Shown one piece after another: positions 1-13,635 of a DNA stretch of 64,000 nt. This DNA comes from Botryllus schlosseri. Taxonomy: Eukaryota. Numbering within the stretch: the stretch's first letter is position 1; every line of letters starts with the position of its first letter. The stretch is taken from NCBI GenBank assembly GCA_051294905.1, contig CM119371.1:14014001-14078000 (forward strand), in the 5' to 3' direction. A program made the translations under genes and the position numbers. The notes under the pieces were generated by a model that saw nothing but the letters and a program-made list of their open reading frames with translations, did not search any database and had not been told where the DNA came from.

Positions 1-299
1 TCAGAGGGGGCATGCACACAGAATGATAAGTAAAAGAAAATAATACGAAAGGACAAGCGACAAAATGAGGTGGCATGTGACGGAAGGCGAGATTCATATG
101 TCAGGTCGAGGTCCGATAAACTTGAGGGCTGACTAGCATTTATTCAGTAGAAATTGCTTGCATCTCATGACTTGAATGTGAACCTACAGTCGGATAGCCG
201 GCGGGATTAGAACCGCTTTTCCATAGCAAAACTATCAGTTCCATCCCATCATGCGGTCGAATGCTAATGCTGTCGAAAATATATACCTACTGTGTGTGA

Positions 300-460
300 T
301 GTATCAGTATGAATCAAGCTCTCGACATCTCATCCGCGTAAACGCTCTCTTAAAAAAGCCTTACATTGGGCCGTGCTACAAGTCGGCAGCCACGGAATAT
401 TGGCTTGTTGTAAATGACCATTTTAGTCGACGAACACCATAAATACCACAAACAACACAA
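300..460 (+). mobile_element. 3' fragment of tRNA-headed SINE family A
   Basis: Shares 'gggccgtgctacaagtcggcagc...gtaaatgacc...ataccacaaacaac' with the full copy at 62332-62600. Confidence 0.7.
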
Positions 461-1457
461 TTAAGCTCTCTACCTACGCCAAACGTATAGTTCAATTTGC
501 AGTTTTTGACAGTCTATGCGAATGGCGAACATATTATCAACTACTTACGTACTTGAGTAGGCCTATATTTAAAGCCAGCCAATTCTACTTGAAGTAGTTT
601 CAGGTTGCTTTTAAAAGTACTATTTGTACTTGAGTAGATTTTTGCGTCGCCAGTTCTACTTCTACTCGAGTAGCTCTCTTGACCACTTTTTCCACCTCTG
701 CGTAAAAGTAATGTTAACCACTGTATCATGGCTTGACGTCGCGATGTCTAGGCCTACAGTATAACAGGCGGGTAAGCATCAGACCCGGTCAGAGGTCAAA
801 GTAGTCAGCGGTGTTGGTACTCGTGTAGAACTAGAAGTAGCGAAATCGTCACGAAGGTCTACCCAAGGGCATGTAAAACTATCGAAACTACTTCCAGTGA
901 GAAATGAAGGTCTATAAGTAGGCTATTAGTGAGTAGCCTAGCTATTGGGCCGACGCCAAACTGGATTGAAATATCGCATACAATCAGTGGTGGCTTTTGG
1001 GGTGGGCGAGGTGGGCGGTCGCCCGGGCTCCCCCTGGTCGAAGGGCCCCCCTCTTAGATCAATCATCAAATCTCTGCATTTGTTAGAAAAGTCCCATATC
1101 CCGATAATCATCGAGTCTCTGCATGCGGTAGAGGTACTTAGTTTCGATGCATATCCTTGCAACCATGCAATAATAGATATGACCTAATCCAGCGCCTGGC
1201 TCAAACCTTGACGTAGTGTGCTGGCTCATTACTAACGTCAGCCGATAGCTTTCCGGATTGGTGAGGGTCTATTTAGCCCGCAGCAGTTGTATCGCTATCC
1301 TATTATTTCACGCTACATGCCATACATCTTCAACATGAAGACATGAGCTATAATAGTTACCTAGTTCGCTTCTTTTTATAATTTGACAATGTCTGATACA
1401 AGAAGGCTCAGGAGCTAGAGCAATTCAACACTACGGGCTGCTTCAAAGCCTTGTTAT

Positions 1458-1641
1458 CAATGTTCCCTTTAATTTTTGACTGCGCAGTGCGCACATTCAG
1501 CAACTCACTGCGTAGACCCTTGGACAACAGTACGTAACGACAATAAAAGGTCATCACTTCGGATTTTTGGTCCGCAACATGGATTTTCAGTGCGCAGAGA
1601 CGTGCGCGTTTGTGCATGTACGCAGCTTAGAGGGAACATTG
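1458..1641. mobile_element. hAT-type MITE (CAATGTTCCC TIR)
   Basis: TIR caatgttccc/gggaacattg; near-perfect 8-bp TSD cttgttat/cttgtaat; sister copy at 18939-19123. Confidence 0.85.
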
Positions 1642-1786
1642 CTTGTAATAGTGTCATATAGGCTACACATAATGTATTCCCGTACCTTAAGGCACACTCA
1701 TATCAAGTTGGTAACAATGAAAGCGAAAGGGGGTCTGGGGACCCGCCTCGGAAATCTCGCCCAGGGACCGCCCAATCGTAGGGCCA

Positions 1787-2400
1787 CCTCTGCATACAAT
1801 CAATGTCCATATCAAAAAGAATTATCAATTCATTTATCAGTTTAACGGACGCTCCCAAAAAATGTCCGCTAATCAGCTCGTGCAACTTGGAGTCATTCCT
1901 GATAATGGGGTGAGTTGTGGAAAAATTGCCGGAGAGATTAGTCAAACTCGATCAAGGCGAGACTTCATGCAAATATCCCTTCTTCTCCTCATATGTCTCG
2001 ATCCACTTGAGGGACATATCCAGTTTATCTTCTTCCCACAATGCCGTTCCTGAAGACTTCAAAACACTGAAAATATCATCTTTTTCCACGCTTCCAAATC
2101 CGGCATGGTTTGCGATTTCAATAATATTTTCTTGTAAAAATGTGATTCATCGATTAGAAACATAGGCCAGTCCATAAATATCCTCAGCATTTCTTGTAGA
2201 GAAGTAATTCTCCACGGTAATTGATTCATCCAAAATATCGGATATTGCATTCTACAATGATTACGACGTGAAGAAGTGAGTGTGATAGACATCATTTCCG
2301 ACTTGAACTACGATATCACAATGATCTTGATCTTGCTTCATTCGATGTAATTCCTTGAGCATTCTCACTGCGTGTTTCTCCGCACCAAAACTGCACCATG
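1787..2400 (-). pseudogene. Decayed BTB-Kelch paralog (BTB/BACK part)
   Basis: Colinear nucleotide similarity to 9250-10080 with frameshifts and an internal deletion near 2280; truncated at a MITE end near 1790. Confidence 0.85.
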
Positions 2401-3746
2401 ATTGCCAACCACTCGTAATCTAATGGATATACAATAAAGGTTAGTGCTGTTTTAAAAACAAACGTCATTAGGGCAATTATTTTTCGAGATGTCAAAAACA
2501 TCAAATTTTGTCAAAATTGTAGTGTTAGGTCAAAAAACTATTTTGCACACTGTATTTCGTTGGTGTAAAGGTTGAACTTATCATTTGACATTCCACACCT
2601 TGTAGCCTACTTTTAGGCCCACTGTTGTAGATGTCTACTCATTGTGAATCATAAACCATCGAATGAAACAAATAAGTTGACAAAACGTGATCATCAACAC
2701 ACCTTTAACGGGGTGATGCAATGTAGGCCTAGGCAACATTGTCGATTGAAACAACAGGTGTGTCACTAGCAATCCAGCAGTAGGCCTATATACACTGAAT
2801 TTCAATGCTGCCAGTAAACAAATGCACGCATCCCTCCATCCCTGCCAAGCTACTTCGTAACGACAGACACTTCCAACCAGAAATCTATAAAAGTAATATA
2901 ATTCCAACATTTCAAGAGCTTATTGCATATAAATTGGAAAAGTATATTCGTATTGAAATGACCCCGAATATTTTCAGCTGACACTCGTCAGCGGTAATCG
3001 TCAGCTACTAGTAGAGAATTGGAAAGAACATTGTATATCAACAATCGTATCACAAAATTCAAACAGTATATACAACGATGCCTAGTGTAAATAATACTCG
3101 AGGGCAAGATTTTGTCAAAATTAAGTTCCTTATTGTCAGAAATTGTAAATAATTTACATTTTTTGGAGCAAAATCATCTGTTTTAGGTCATAAAATAATC
3201 GCGTTAGTGATTATACATCAACATATGGTTAGTCATTCATAACCTGCAAGAATACACATGAGTCAGCGCTCGAGATTAAAATTACCAGGCCACGATCTGA
3301 CATATCGATATCGCCCCCAGTCACATGCCACCTCATTTTTTTCGCTTGTCCTGTTATGTTATTTCCCATTACGGTATTTTTCATTCATTGTGTATGCCTC
3401 TTCTTTGCATCGCCTAGGCCAGGGTTTGGCAATCTCTTTTGGACGTTGCACATTCGGCGGTTTGAGAAAAATGTTCTGTGGCCCACCTATTAGTCGTTAG
3501 AGTGATACTTCTGCTCAATGCGCTGTAATCGCCGACGCCGATATGACTAATTTCTCTAAAATGATGCGCATTTTTCGTTATTAATTTTAAAATCTAGACC
3601 TCTAGTGACATGGAATCGTGTGAAGTGCAAAGAACACAAAACTCCTAAAAAAAACGACTAACGAAATATTTCAAGCCTCGTTTGAGCCCCCCCCCCCCCT
3701 AATTGGAGGGGGTTTTAGGGTGCGGCCGTTATGGCCCTGGTAGCCT

Positions 3747-4432
3747 GTTCACCGATCAAGGATAATCCCAGAACTATAAAAGAAAAACTGGAATAACCCC
3801 GCTTCTACGGCTTGGAATTGAGTCAAATTTGTTTTGCATAGTTTTTGAATACAGCCCAATAATTTCATGGGGTTGGTAGGAAAATTTGGAAAAAATATTT
3901 TTGCATTTTTGGGCAAATTAAAAATTTTCAAACTCTACAAACCCGCAAATATTGCTTGGAATGAATTCAAATTTGGTGTGCGTCATTTTTTTAAGGCAAC
4001 CCAACGATTTAATTATGTAGCCAGCAAGATTCTGGTAAAAAGGTTATTTTTGAACAGCCCTGAGTGGATATACATTAGGGCTGTTCAAAAATAACTTTTT
4101 TCCTGAATCTTGCGGGTTACGTGATTAAATCGTTAGGTTGCCTTAAAAAACGACGCACACCAAATTTGAATTCATTCCAACCAATATTCGCGGATTTCGT
4201 AGAGTTTGAAAATTTCGAATTTGCCTATGAATGCGAAAAAAAAATTTTTCAAATTTTTCTTCCAACCCCATAAAATTGTTGCGCTGTCTTCAATAACGAT
4301 GCAAAACAAATTTGACTCAATTCCAAGCCGTAGAAGCGGAGTTATTTGAGTTTTTCGATGATAATTCTTGGATTATCCTTGATTGGGGGATAATCCCAGA
4401 ATTGTCATCGAAAAACTCAAATAACTCCATTT
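3747..4432. mobile_element. Two half-copies of the GGGCTGTTCAAAA MITE family arranged end to end as a ~680-bp palindrome
   Basis: 3750-4062 is the reverse complement of 4076-4400 around a ~15-bp spacer; a complete copy lies at 42456-43070. Confidence 0.8.
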
Positions 4433-4669
4433 CTGAATGGTGGGTGTCCCGGACGTTGTTTGTTGCATTGGCATGTCTGAGTGAAGTCAGTGGACCCACG
4501 TTCTTTGTTGCTTCGCGGTCGAAGGATTTGGTGAGTATATTCGTTTATAAAAATATGTATAGGATTCTTTACACCATAAATCACATAACCAGAAGTGTTT
4601 TGGATCAATAATGTGTTATACTTCTTAGCAAAGTTGAAAATGGGGAGTGATGCGAATTTGCGTCATTAG

Positions 4670-6326
4670 CCCTTTGTTGGTAAATTCTGACAACATTCTT
4701 ACTACTGAAATATTTCCATATGGAATAGTTATTTACGTGAGAAAAGAGTGGAATAGATTCACCAACTTCACGAGTTAAGAAAGTGCCTTGATACATCACA
4801 TAATGACAATAAATATGTATACTAACTACTAGAGTAGTGCTAAAAAGTAACAAATATTGTCAATAATTTCAATCAGAAATTGCTGTTGCGGAAATGGATA
4901 CCAGATATGTTTATGGGGAAAAATCACTCATCAAGTGACGGTAAACTGGAAAGGCAGTAAATCTGGTGGCAGTGATTCTGACGATGAAGAACGTTCTACT
5001 ACAGCAACTTCTGCTGCTATGTGATAAATGAGCTCGGATGAATCCTCTTGTACCGATGAATCTGATGATGATTCCTCAATCGTGTTTTAAAAAGTAGGGA
5101 AAGGGAAAACACCGGGTCATAGCATGTACACCGCATGAACCGAAACGAAAACTAGTATGGAAAACAATTCAAGGTGAAAAGATCCCTGGCTACTATTTTC
5201 CTTATGGAAGGCAGAATTGCTCGACAGTGATTCTATTTCTTCTCCGCACGCATATATCGAATATTTTGTCGGAGCGGAATTGCTGGACTGAATTTTTTAT
5301 GAGAGCAATTTATTTGCCGTTCAAACTAATCCAACGAAGGCAATGTAGATGACTGGAGACGGTATTGAAAAAGACTTGGGAAGTTGCATGCATATGTCTA
5401 TCGTGAAAATGCCAAGATCCTATTTGTAATGGGCTAATGATACTAGATATGATAAAGTTTCTGATATCATGTCCCGAGATCGATGGAAGCAGATCAAATC
5501 TTTCTTGCGCATAGTTCATCTCGCATGTGATTTTTTTACAGTAGGATCAAACGTGCGATCAAACATACTGAGTGGCGGTCAAATCAGTAATGGCACAGAC
5601 TTCAGGACAAGGAGAGTGAGATTTGTAATAAAGGAGGTTTCTCTGGACGGCGTTAGTATTTGGGCAGTAAAGTGGTATGACAATCGCAGTGTGATACTGG
5701 CTAGTACCTTTGTCAAAGCTAATCCCGTTAGTAAAATTGAAATTTGGTTGATATTGCTGTCGTCAATAGTTAATTGCTGTACTGACGAGACTGTATTTGT
5801 GCAATTTCCGAAACAGATGCAAAAATATCTGCTTGCACCAAATTATATGCAGAATACCTGGTAAAGTATGGAAAACTAGTGACAAGGGAAAAAGACCGAG
5901 GTCATCTCTCTGTATCCAGCAGGAGTATCATAAGAAAATGAAAAGAGGACCAACAAAGCCCACCCCAACGTGAACAAGTGGGTCACACGCCTTCCATGGA
6001 CACCAGGCAGAGATGCAAGAGACATACCCATGACGAACAACCTGTTATAAAATGTGTCAAATGTCATGTACATCTGTGCCTGAACAAAAACTATAACTGT
6101 TTCGCTCATTTTGACCAATAATTTCAATTGTCAAATTGACCTGTTTTGTTTCGATTTTTGTCGCGAAAGCCTGATGTCGCAAATTTGCGACAAACATTTA
6201 AAATATTTAATAATAAAAGGAAAATTTAAATTTTGTTGACCAATGTCTAAGTTGAGGCAAAACAATTAAAGTTACGCATAGAAATAATTTTTCCAACCAT
6301 AGAGAATATATTCAGTCCACAAAGGG
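4670..6326 (+). mobile_element. Internally deleted, decayed piggyBac transposon
   Basis: Ends CCCTTTGT.../...ACAAAGGG; transposase relics MSRDRWKQIKSFL and VKWYDNRSVILASTF, and a C-terminal Cys-rich KCVKCHVHLCLNKNYNCF near 6050-6105. Confidence 0.85.
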
Positions 6327-7220
6327 CTAATATGCATGCTTGTTTAGTTGTAACTCGGGGTTTGCGCCCTTGAACCCTTCAATTTTGTCCTGATAGCTGC
6401 AATGACTTTCTCATGTACGGGTGAACACCGAACAGGCTAATTTATGTCACACAACCGCCAAAGACTATAATATTTGCGGCTATGTTAGGATAACATCCAC
6501 AGGGCACAGCCACACAGCATTAGCATTGGGCCTGGTATCGTGGATTTTAAAAACGCCCATTTCTTCTCGACAAGAGAAGACACATTCATTTTCCAAGTCA
6601 AGTGTGTACTATTGAAAGCCGACTAGTGCAGCCCTACACAGTGTCCCATTCATTGAATTGCATGCGGACAGAGTTGATACTTGGACCGCTACAGCAATGG
6701 TGACTGATGATGTTTCTAAACTTCATTGTTCAATAGCAATACTTGAAGATACAATATGACTGAATAAAGGCAGTAGACATATTATAATCAAAATGGAACA
6801 GGAAATGGAATAAAAATTAATTGCAGAGGAAACTTTTGAACGCGAGAGGCATCTCATTCATTGAAGTGACAATGACCATGACGATGGCCACTTATGACAA
6901 ATATTCCCAATACCGTAGAATCAATTCTTCTAACACAATGCCAATGATCGTCTGGATTTACGTGTGACATAACGCTAGGATTAGGGGGGGCATGTATAAG
7001 GATTATAGACCAGACCCTGTTTACCCAAAATTATTTTACTTCAGCACTTTCAAATCACAATTTCTCATTCGAGCGAGCTGTCACTCAGTCGTTCTGTCCC
7101 TTACTAGACATACAACCAGGTTGAATAATACCACAATGGCATTACAAATCCAATCAAAATACACTATGACGTTTCCGCACAAATGCAGTCATTTTTAAAC
7201 ACTATTCAGAGGTTCTAAGC

Positions 7221-8399
7221 CAAGGGTGGGCAAACTACGGCCCGCGGGCCGCATGCGGCCCGCCACACCGTTCTGTGCGGCCCGCGAGAGTCTAAAGAAA
7301 CTCTTTAAAAAGATTGATAAAATGCGTACAAAAAATCCAAATAATGCAGGGACTTGATTAAACTATTTCTTAGTATATTTCACCATGATATTCTAACACA
7401 GTGGTTCTCAAACTGGGGGTGCGTGAAAGTATCAGAAGTGGGGCGCGAAGCTGAGCTCAAGTAAAAAAAAAAAATTTACCAACAGTTCCGTAATTGTTGC
7501 TCTGTATTTAGTCTGAATGTCACATTTAAAAACCTCTCATCCATAGTCGTAACCTTCCATGCCATCAAACTATCTGTTAGGTTGCTAACAACCTGGTTGC
7601 GCTTTGTGATATGACGATAAAGGGGTGCGAAATCTTCCACCATCATAAGAGGGTGAGCGTGTCTTAAAAAGTTTGAGAGCCACTGTTCTAAGGAAAATAC
7701 TTCCTATTTTTTTTTTATGTTTAATTTCTGGGGCGGCAGCCCAATCGCAAGGCCCACACAGTTTGACAGGTTTCAACTGCTAAGCATCACAGAAATCCTA
7801 AACGAGATTGACATAATTCGGATCGCGAGTGTGATTTCAGATTGATCACTCCAGTTTTAATTAGTTCAGTGACGTATTTCTAAAAACCGATTCGCGCGTG
7901 TCTCATGTAGATTCGTTCTCATTATGCGTGGAATTGTGGCATTTTTATTTTATCTACACATAGTAGAACCGTGTTTAAAGCTGACATGGTTATGATTCTG
8001 TCAGGGATATATTATCCCTGGATTCTGTGAGCATTGTGTGTCCTGGAACTGAACCAAAAGTGGAATTAGTGAATCTATGAAGAGATCGCTGCTCACCGAT
8101 TTAAATTTCAATACTGTTCTAAGAATCGGGCCCACCGACTTTCATCTCTATAGTTTTGACAAATTGGTTATTGGAGGTCGACCAGCCTATGAAATCTCGC
8201 CACTATCTTTCTGACACGTGTCCGATATCATCAAAGCAATGTTTGTTTTGTAGCACATATATTATCTCCATGTCCTCACTATATAATCAAATACCAATAT
8301 TGCATTTTTTGGTTTATAATCGCATTTTATATAGTGCGGCCCGCGAATGGATTCAGATGTCGAATGCGGCCCGCGAGCTCAAAAGTTTGCCCACCCCTG
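7221..8399. mobile_element. hAT (Charlie/Buster-like) non-autonomous element with a nested MITE at 7399-7685
   Basis: TIR caagggtgggcaaac/gtttgcccacccctg; perfect TSD ttctaagc; inner cagtggttctcaaac...gagagccactg with TSD ttctaaca/ttctaagg. Confidence 0.85.
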
Positions 8400-8460
8400 T
8401 TCTAAGCCCACATTATGTCCTCCTTAGATTCGCGACACCGTCAGTTGCAGAACTACTTAT

Positions 8461-10080
8461 CTACAGCTTCACCAGCACAGATCTGGACACCGCAAAGTCT
8501 TGATCTTCTTCTCGTTTGATGCGACACCATTTGTTGTTCAACAAATCATACTTTACAATGTCATGATAGCAGCCCAGCCCGTCCACTACAAAAATCCAAT
8601 TGCCAATATGATAAGCAGTATCGTAGCCACGATCAAAATTCATAGATGGCAATGAAGTCCATTGTGCTGAAGTGACATCGTAACATTCTACATTGTTGAG
8701 CGTTTTTTTCTCTCTGCTCCATCCACTGATCACAAATATCTTTGGATCAACTGCAACAACACCACAGTCATACGCAGCATATCTCATTGGGTCGAGATCA
8801 ACCCACTCTGATGAGGATGGATTGAATCTGCAGAATGAAGATAGTTCGACGCAATATTGTTCAATACCTCCAATACCTCCGATAGAATAAATGGAATCAT
8901 TCAATGATACAAGACTTGCGCCGCTAATTCCTGTAGGTTTGTTTGGCAGTTGAAACCATCGATTTATCGAGGGGTCGAATCTTTCCACGCCGTTAGTGTG
9001 CATGCGATAACTTCCCACCACAGATATCGATCCGCGCAATACCACCGAGCAGGGGTACTGCCCATGGTCATTAATCATATCTTTCATCTTTTCCCATTCT
9101 GAATTTTTTCGTTGTAAATTGAGTCGATGAACGGACTTATCCTGACATAAGACGTAAATATGCGAGTTCAGAAAAATTGGAGTGAAATGAAGTAGATGCC
9201 TAAACTTTGTATTGTTGAACATGGTGATTTTCTCTGAATTCGGATTAAAGGATCGCATACAATCCATGTCCAAGTCAAAAAGAATCAATAATTCTTTTTT
9301 GTTTACCAGTGCAACTGATGCTTCCTGAATATGTTCACTGATCAACTTGTACGACTGGGAGTCATACCTGATAATGGGGTGAGTTTTAAGGAGACGTTGT
9401 AAAATTTCCAGAGCGATTCTATCAAAGTCGATCAATTTGAGGAATTCATGCAAATGTCCCTTCTTCTTTTCACATGTCTCAATCCACTTGAGCGATAACT
9501 CTAATTTATCTTCTTCCTATAATGTAGTTTCTGAAGACTTCAAAACATGGAAAATGTCATCCTTTTCCACGCTTCCGAATCCGGAATGGTTTGCGATTTC
9601 CATGATATTTTCTCGTAAAAATGTTCTGCATCGAAACGTTACATCGTCCAGTCCGTAAATATCACCAGCATTTCTTGCGGAGAAGTAATTCTCAATGGTA
9701 ATTGATTCTGCCAAATTATTGGATATTGCATTCCTTAGACGTTCCAACTGCAGTATCGCTGCGACGTGAAGAAGTTCAATATTTTTTCCATCCGGAATCT
9801 CATATTTACTGGAATATATAAAATCGATGCAAATTTTCACACACTCGGAATCGACATCTTTGAAAACGACTCTTCCTTCGCGACTCTCCTTTGTGTCGTG
9901 CTTTAACATGGCTCTGAAATAATCCGAACCAGCCGACAAAACATTTTTGTGGGCGTGACAGACATCATTTCCGACTTGAACTACGAAATCACAATGATCT
10001 TCATCTTGTTTCATTCGATGTAATTCCTCCAGCATTCTCACTGCATATTCCTCCGCACCTTCACAAACAAACTGCACCAT
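8461..10080 (-). pseudogene. Intronless Kelch-like (BTB-BACK-Kelch) gene, ~539 codons, interrupted by one in-frame TAG at 9517-9519
   Basis: BTB motif CDFVVQVG..HAHKNVLSAGSDYFRAML; kelch repeats (IYSIGG, VERFDPSINRW, VECYDVTSAQW). ORFs 9517-10089 and 8461-9453 are in the same frame and read TTL*EEDKLELSLKWIE across the gap. Confidence 0.88.
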
Positions 10081-11278
10081 AATTGCCACTTACTCGTAAT
10101 AGATATACAATAAAGACTAGTGCTGGTCAAAAATAAAGTGATTATATTACATATGTTCAGTCATAAGAAGTCAAAATACACCTAAATGAGTCTGCGCTCG
10201 AGATTACCGGGCCACGATCTGATATATCGATCGGGTGATCCGTCACATGCCATCTTATTTGTGAGAGAGAATTTTTTTTTTTATGCAAGCTGTGCGTCAT
10301 TCAATACAATGATCCAAACAATTCATGCGACTCTAACATTATGTAGCCTACAATGATTTGAAGGCCGAACATTTTTAAAACTAGATTTCAAAGATTTATG
10401 CGCTGCTCTAAATCCTCAATCCAATACGATTCGTAGCCTTGGTGTCGCGTACTATCACAGCAGGATGTTAACTGACATTCATAAGCAATGCCAATGCAAT
10501 GTAGAGTACATGGTCTATCAATGGACCAGGTAATAATAATAATAATAGATTTAGAGAACAGAAAACGATCTAGGATGAAGTGATGACTGAAGACAATAAA
10601 CAATTTAGACTTTAGCGAGATCATTGTTCAGGTTCAGGCTATCGCATATCACAAAACATGCATCATAAAGTTTTCAAATAACGAAAACAAACTGTCACAA
10701 GAGGGGTGTTTTCCGTCTTAGCAAAATTATACTGCTTACGACAAAAAATAACTGCTATCTATGACCGCTAACACTATCACATATAGCTGCATCATCGAAT
10801 TTTTCTATTATGGTATTATTAATAAAGACATAGCCTACATGTTCTAACACAGTGCTCTTCAACCTTTTTCGACGTGGTACACCCTTTTAAGGTTTGCTCA
10901 AAACTCGTACACCCCTGTTCATTAGGGGTCTTCAAACATGACTATTTTTCTCAAATCGTACTGGCTACTTGATAAAATTGTTAGGTTACCTAACTTAAGC
11001 CTACACACCAAATTTGGTTCAATTCCAACTAGTAGCCGCCTTGCTACGGGAGAGGAAAGTTTCTATTTACTATACAAAAATAAATACCGAAAAATTTGAA
11101 ATTTTTCTGTTCACCCCATGAAAGTATTAGGTTGTCTATAAAAACTATGTTCTTCAAATTTGGTTCAATTCCGACCAGTAGAAGCGAAGGTATTGCCGTC
11201 AAAAAAATGGATTTGAATAAAATAGTATTTGGTCACAGACTCTATTCGCAGCCAGTTAGGCAGCCCGCCACGCAAATT

Positions 11279-11709
11279 TAGGCTTACAATATTTTGGAAA
11301 TCTAAAAAGTTAACACTTTTTCAAAAATTTGAGACTTGCAAAACCGGAGAAGAATTCTAAAAAACCGGTGAATATTTCCCACTTGGTGATCAATTGACTA
11401 AAAAAAGGTCATCTTTCCGCTCAGAGCTCAAAATATCGTTTTTCTCTCCGCATTGCTAGGTGGATGACTAAAAAAAGGTCAACTTTTCACTCAGAGCTAA
11501 AATCACAGTTTTTCACTCCGAAATACCCGCCGGAGCGTCACTTCTGTGCTGATTTACGGCATATCAATTTGCTCTAAATCTGACCTAAATTTTCAAAAAA
11601 GAGGACAAAATCTCAAAAAAAGAAGACAAAAGGGCGTCCTCCGAGGACACTTTCAAAAAAGTCAAAAAAGAGGACAAATCCTCTTAAAAGAGGACGTATG
11701 GTAACCCTA
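11279..11709. mobile_element. hAT-type MITE (TAGG(G/C)TTACCAT family)
   Basis: Highly similar to 35938-36408 and, inverted, to 28875-29250. Confidence 0.8.
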
Positions 11710-12067
11710 CGCAAATTGGAATTTATTTCGTGTCAGAGCAAAAACAGCATGATATAACGAACGATAATCAACCTAAATGTAATAGTATTGGGGGGAGAGT
11801 AGGTAAAGCTACTGCTGCAGAAGCGGTAATTCAGATCAGCGATGATAGCAGGCGCACCAGCCTATTGCGCATCAGGCCTGCCACATACCACACACAGTCG
11901 ATAGTAGCACATGGGCTGCAAGAGATGTCAGTAACCTCAGATCGTATGCCGCTATACACCGTCTATTGTCGCTAATTTACATCACTTATAACAAAATACT
12001 AGATTGCAAATGTATGGCGAAAGATTGGACATATACAATCGGCATTTTAAAACAAAAGGGTTTCGAC

Positions 12068-13336
12068 TAGGGTTGGACTATCCGGATAACGGTTAACCGG
12101 TTAACCGCAGGTATTTTTAATATCTGATATCCGGATATATTTCGGAAGGTTAACCGGATAAAAGAGAATCGTTTCTAATCCGTTTTACTCTTTTAAGTAA
12201 ACTTCAATAAGTCGCATCAGTGTTGCGCGCGGCCGATTAGCGAGAAGCGTGTTGCCAATTAGCTATATGCGTCTGTGCACATTGCACAATGAGACGCGAC
12301 GCGATATCCTGCTGAGAAGATCGTTAATTTAGGTCATTGATTGTCGCGCACTCGGGCATCTTCTCTGGCCTGATTTATCGCGTCTTCAACAAGGCTATAG
12401 TTCCTCTGGATGGAAGAATTGCATCTGCAATAGACCCTGTGCAGTGTGCACACGATTCCATCGCTGACCTTCACAATCGCATCTGCATTGGCTTGGTGCT
12501 CACGATATTATCGCTGACCTACAAAATCGCATCTGCAATAGGCCTACGAAAGATATCATCGCTGGCCTAACCATCGCGTCCCGGACCTAGCATGTGTTGG
12601 ATCCTATCTTTAGATGGCTTGGTGACGATATGCCGTTAAGTGTATTCTGATTAGCGATTGTGAATGTGACATCGCGAAACTGAGTGACATTGAATGTTCG
12701 CAGACATGTGCGACGTGCGTGCGTGCAAGCGTAATTGATTTCCAATGATACTTAATTCGAAAAAAATCGAAACCCCCTCATTTTATTTCAAACACCCCGC
12801 CCCTTAATTTTCGGCTGGCTGCGTGCCTGATCACGTGAATTTCTTACGGAGGAATTAGAGCGATGTATCATGTCGGCATCAATTCCAGTATCAGCTACTC
12901 ACTGTTGTTGAAGTTTACGTAACGACCTGGCAACCTTTAGACTCTCTACGAAGCGATGCTTGCTTACTATTCAGCCCACTTCTGTGGAAGCTGAAAGAGC
13001 ATTCAATGCATGTGTACGTTTTGTTAGACAATTCCGGTCCCGGCTGGAGGATGCCAAAAATGATGCATTGTGCTTTATAAGGAGGGCGTTGCAGAAGCAG
13101 GGAACATTAAATTTGCCTGGTTTTTCTCGTATTCGCTCGTACTGCGTGTGTACGTATAAGTCTACTCTACAATAACACCGTGTAATGATTTTGCGATCCG
13201 TTTTACATGCAGACCTCGTGAAATCGATTAAATAACTTAGAAGTTACTATCCGGTTAACCGGTTAGATAAATTCCAAATATCCAGATATATCCGTTATCC
13301 GGATAGTGAAAATTATTGATATCCGAACTAACCCTA
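12068..13336 (+). mobile_element. Deleted hAT transposon with a C-terminal dimerisation-domain relic
   Basis: Ends tagggtt/aacccta; perfect TSD gtttcgac; peptide LTIQPTSVEAERAF..RSRL near 12960-13080. Confidence 0.85.
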
Positions 13337-13635
13337 GTTTCGACTTCAATATTGAAGCTGTTTCGACCCTGGCTAGCTACGTCACTTCATTTATGTGCAT
13401 TGCGGTATTTATTAGCGTCGGGTAGGAAGCACGGATTCAAAAAGTCTGAGCTATCGCGGCGGTTTCCTCACAAATCAATAAAATACAAATGACTAGCTGA
13501 ACACATTTTTGTTAACTGCATACTTTACAACACCAAACGGAACCATTGGTCTATTGCCGACGGCTAAATGAATAGAAGAAATATTTGCTTATGACATCAC
13601 AATGAAGCGGTGTACAGTATTACACTTGAGATAAC

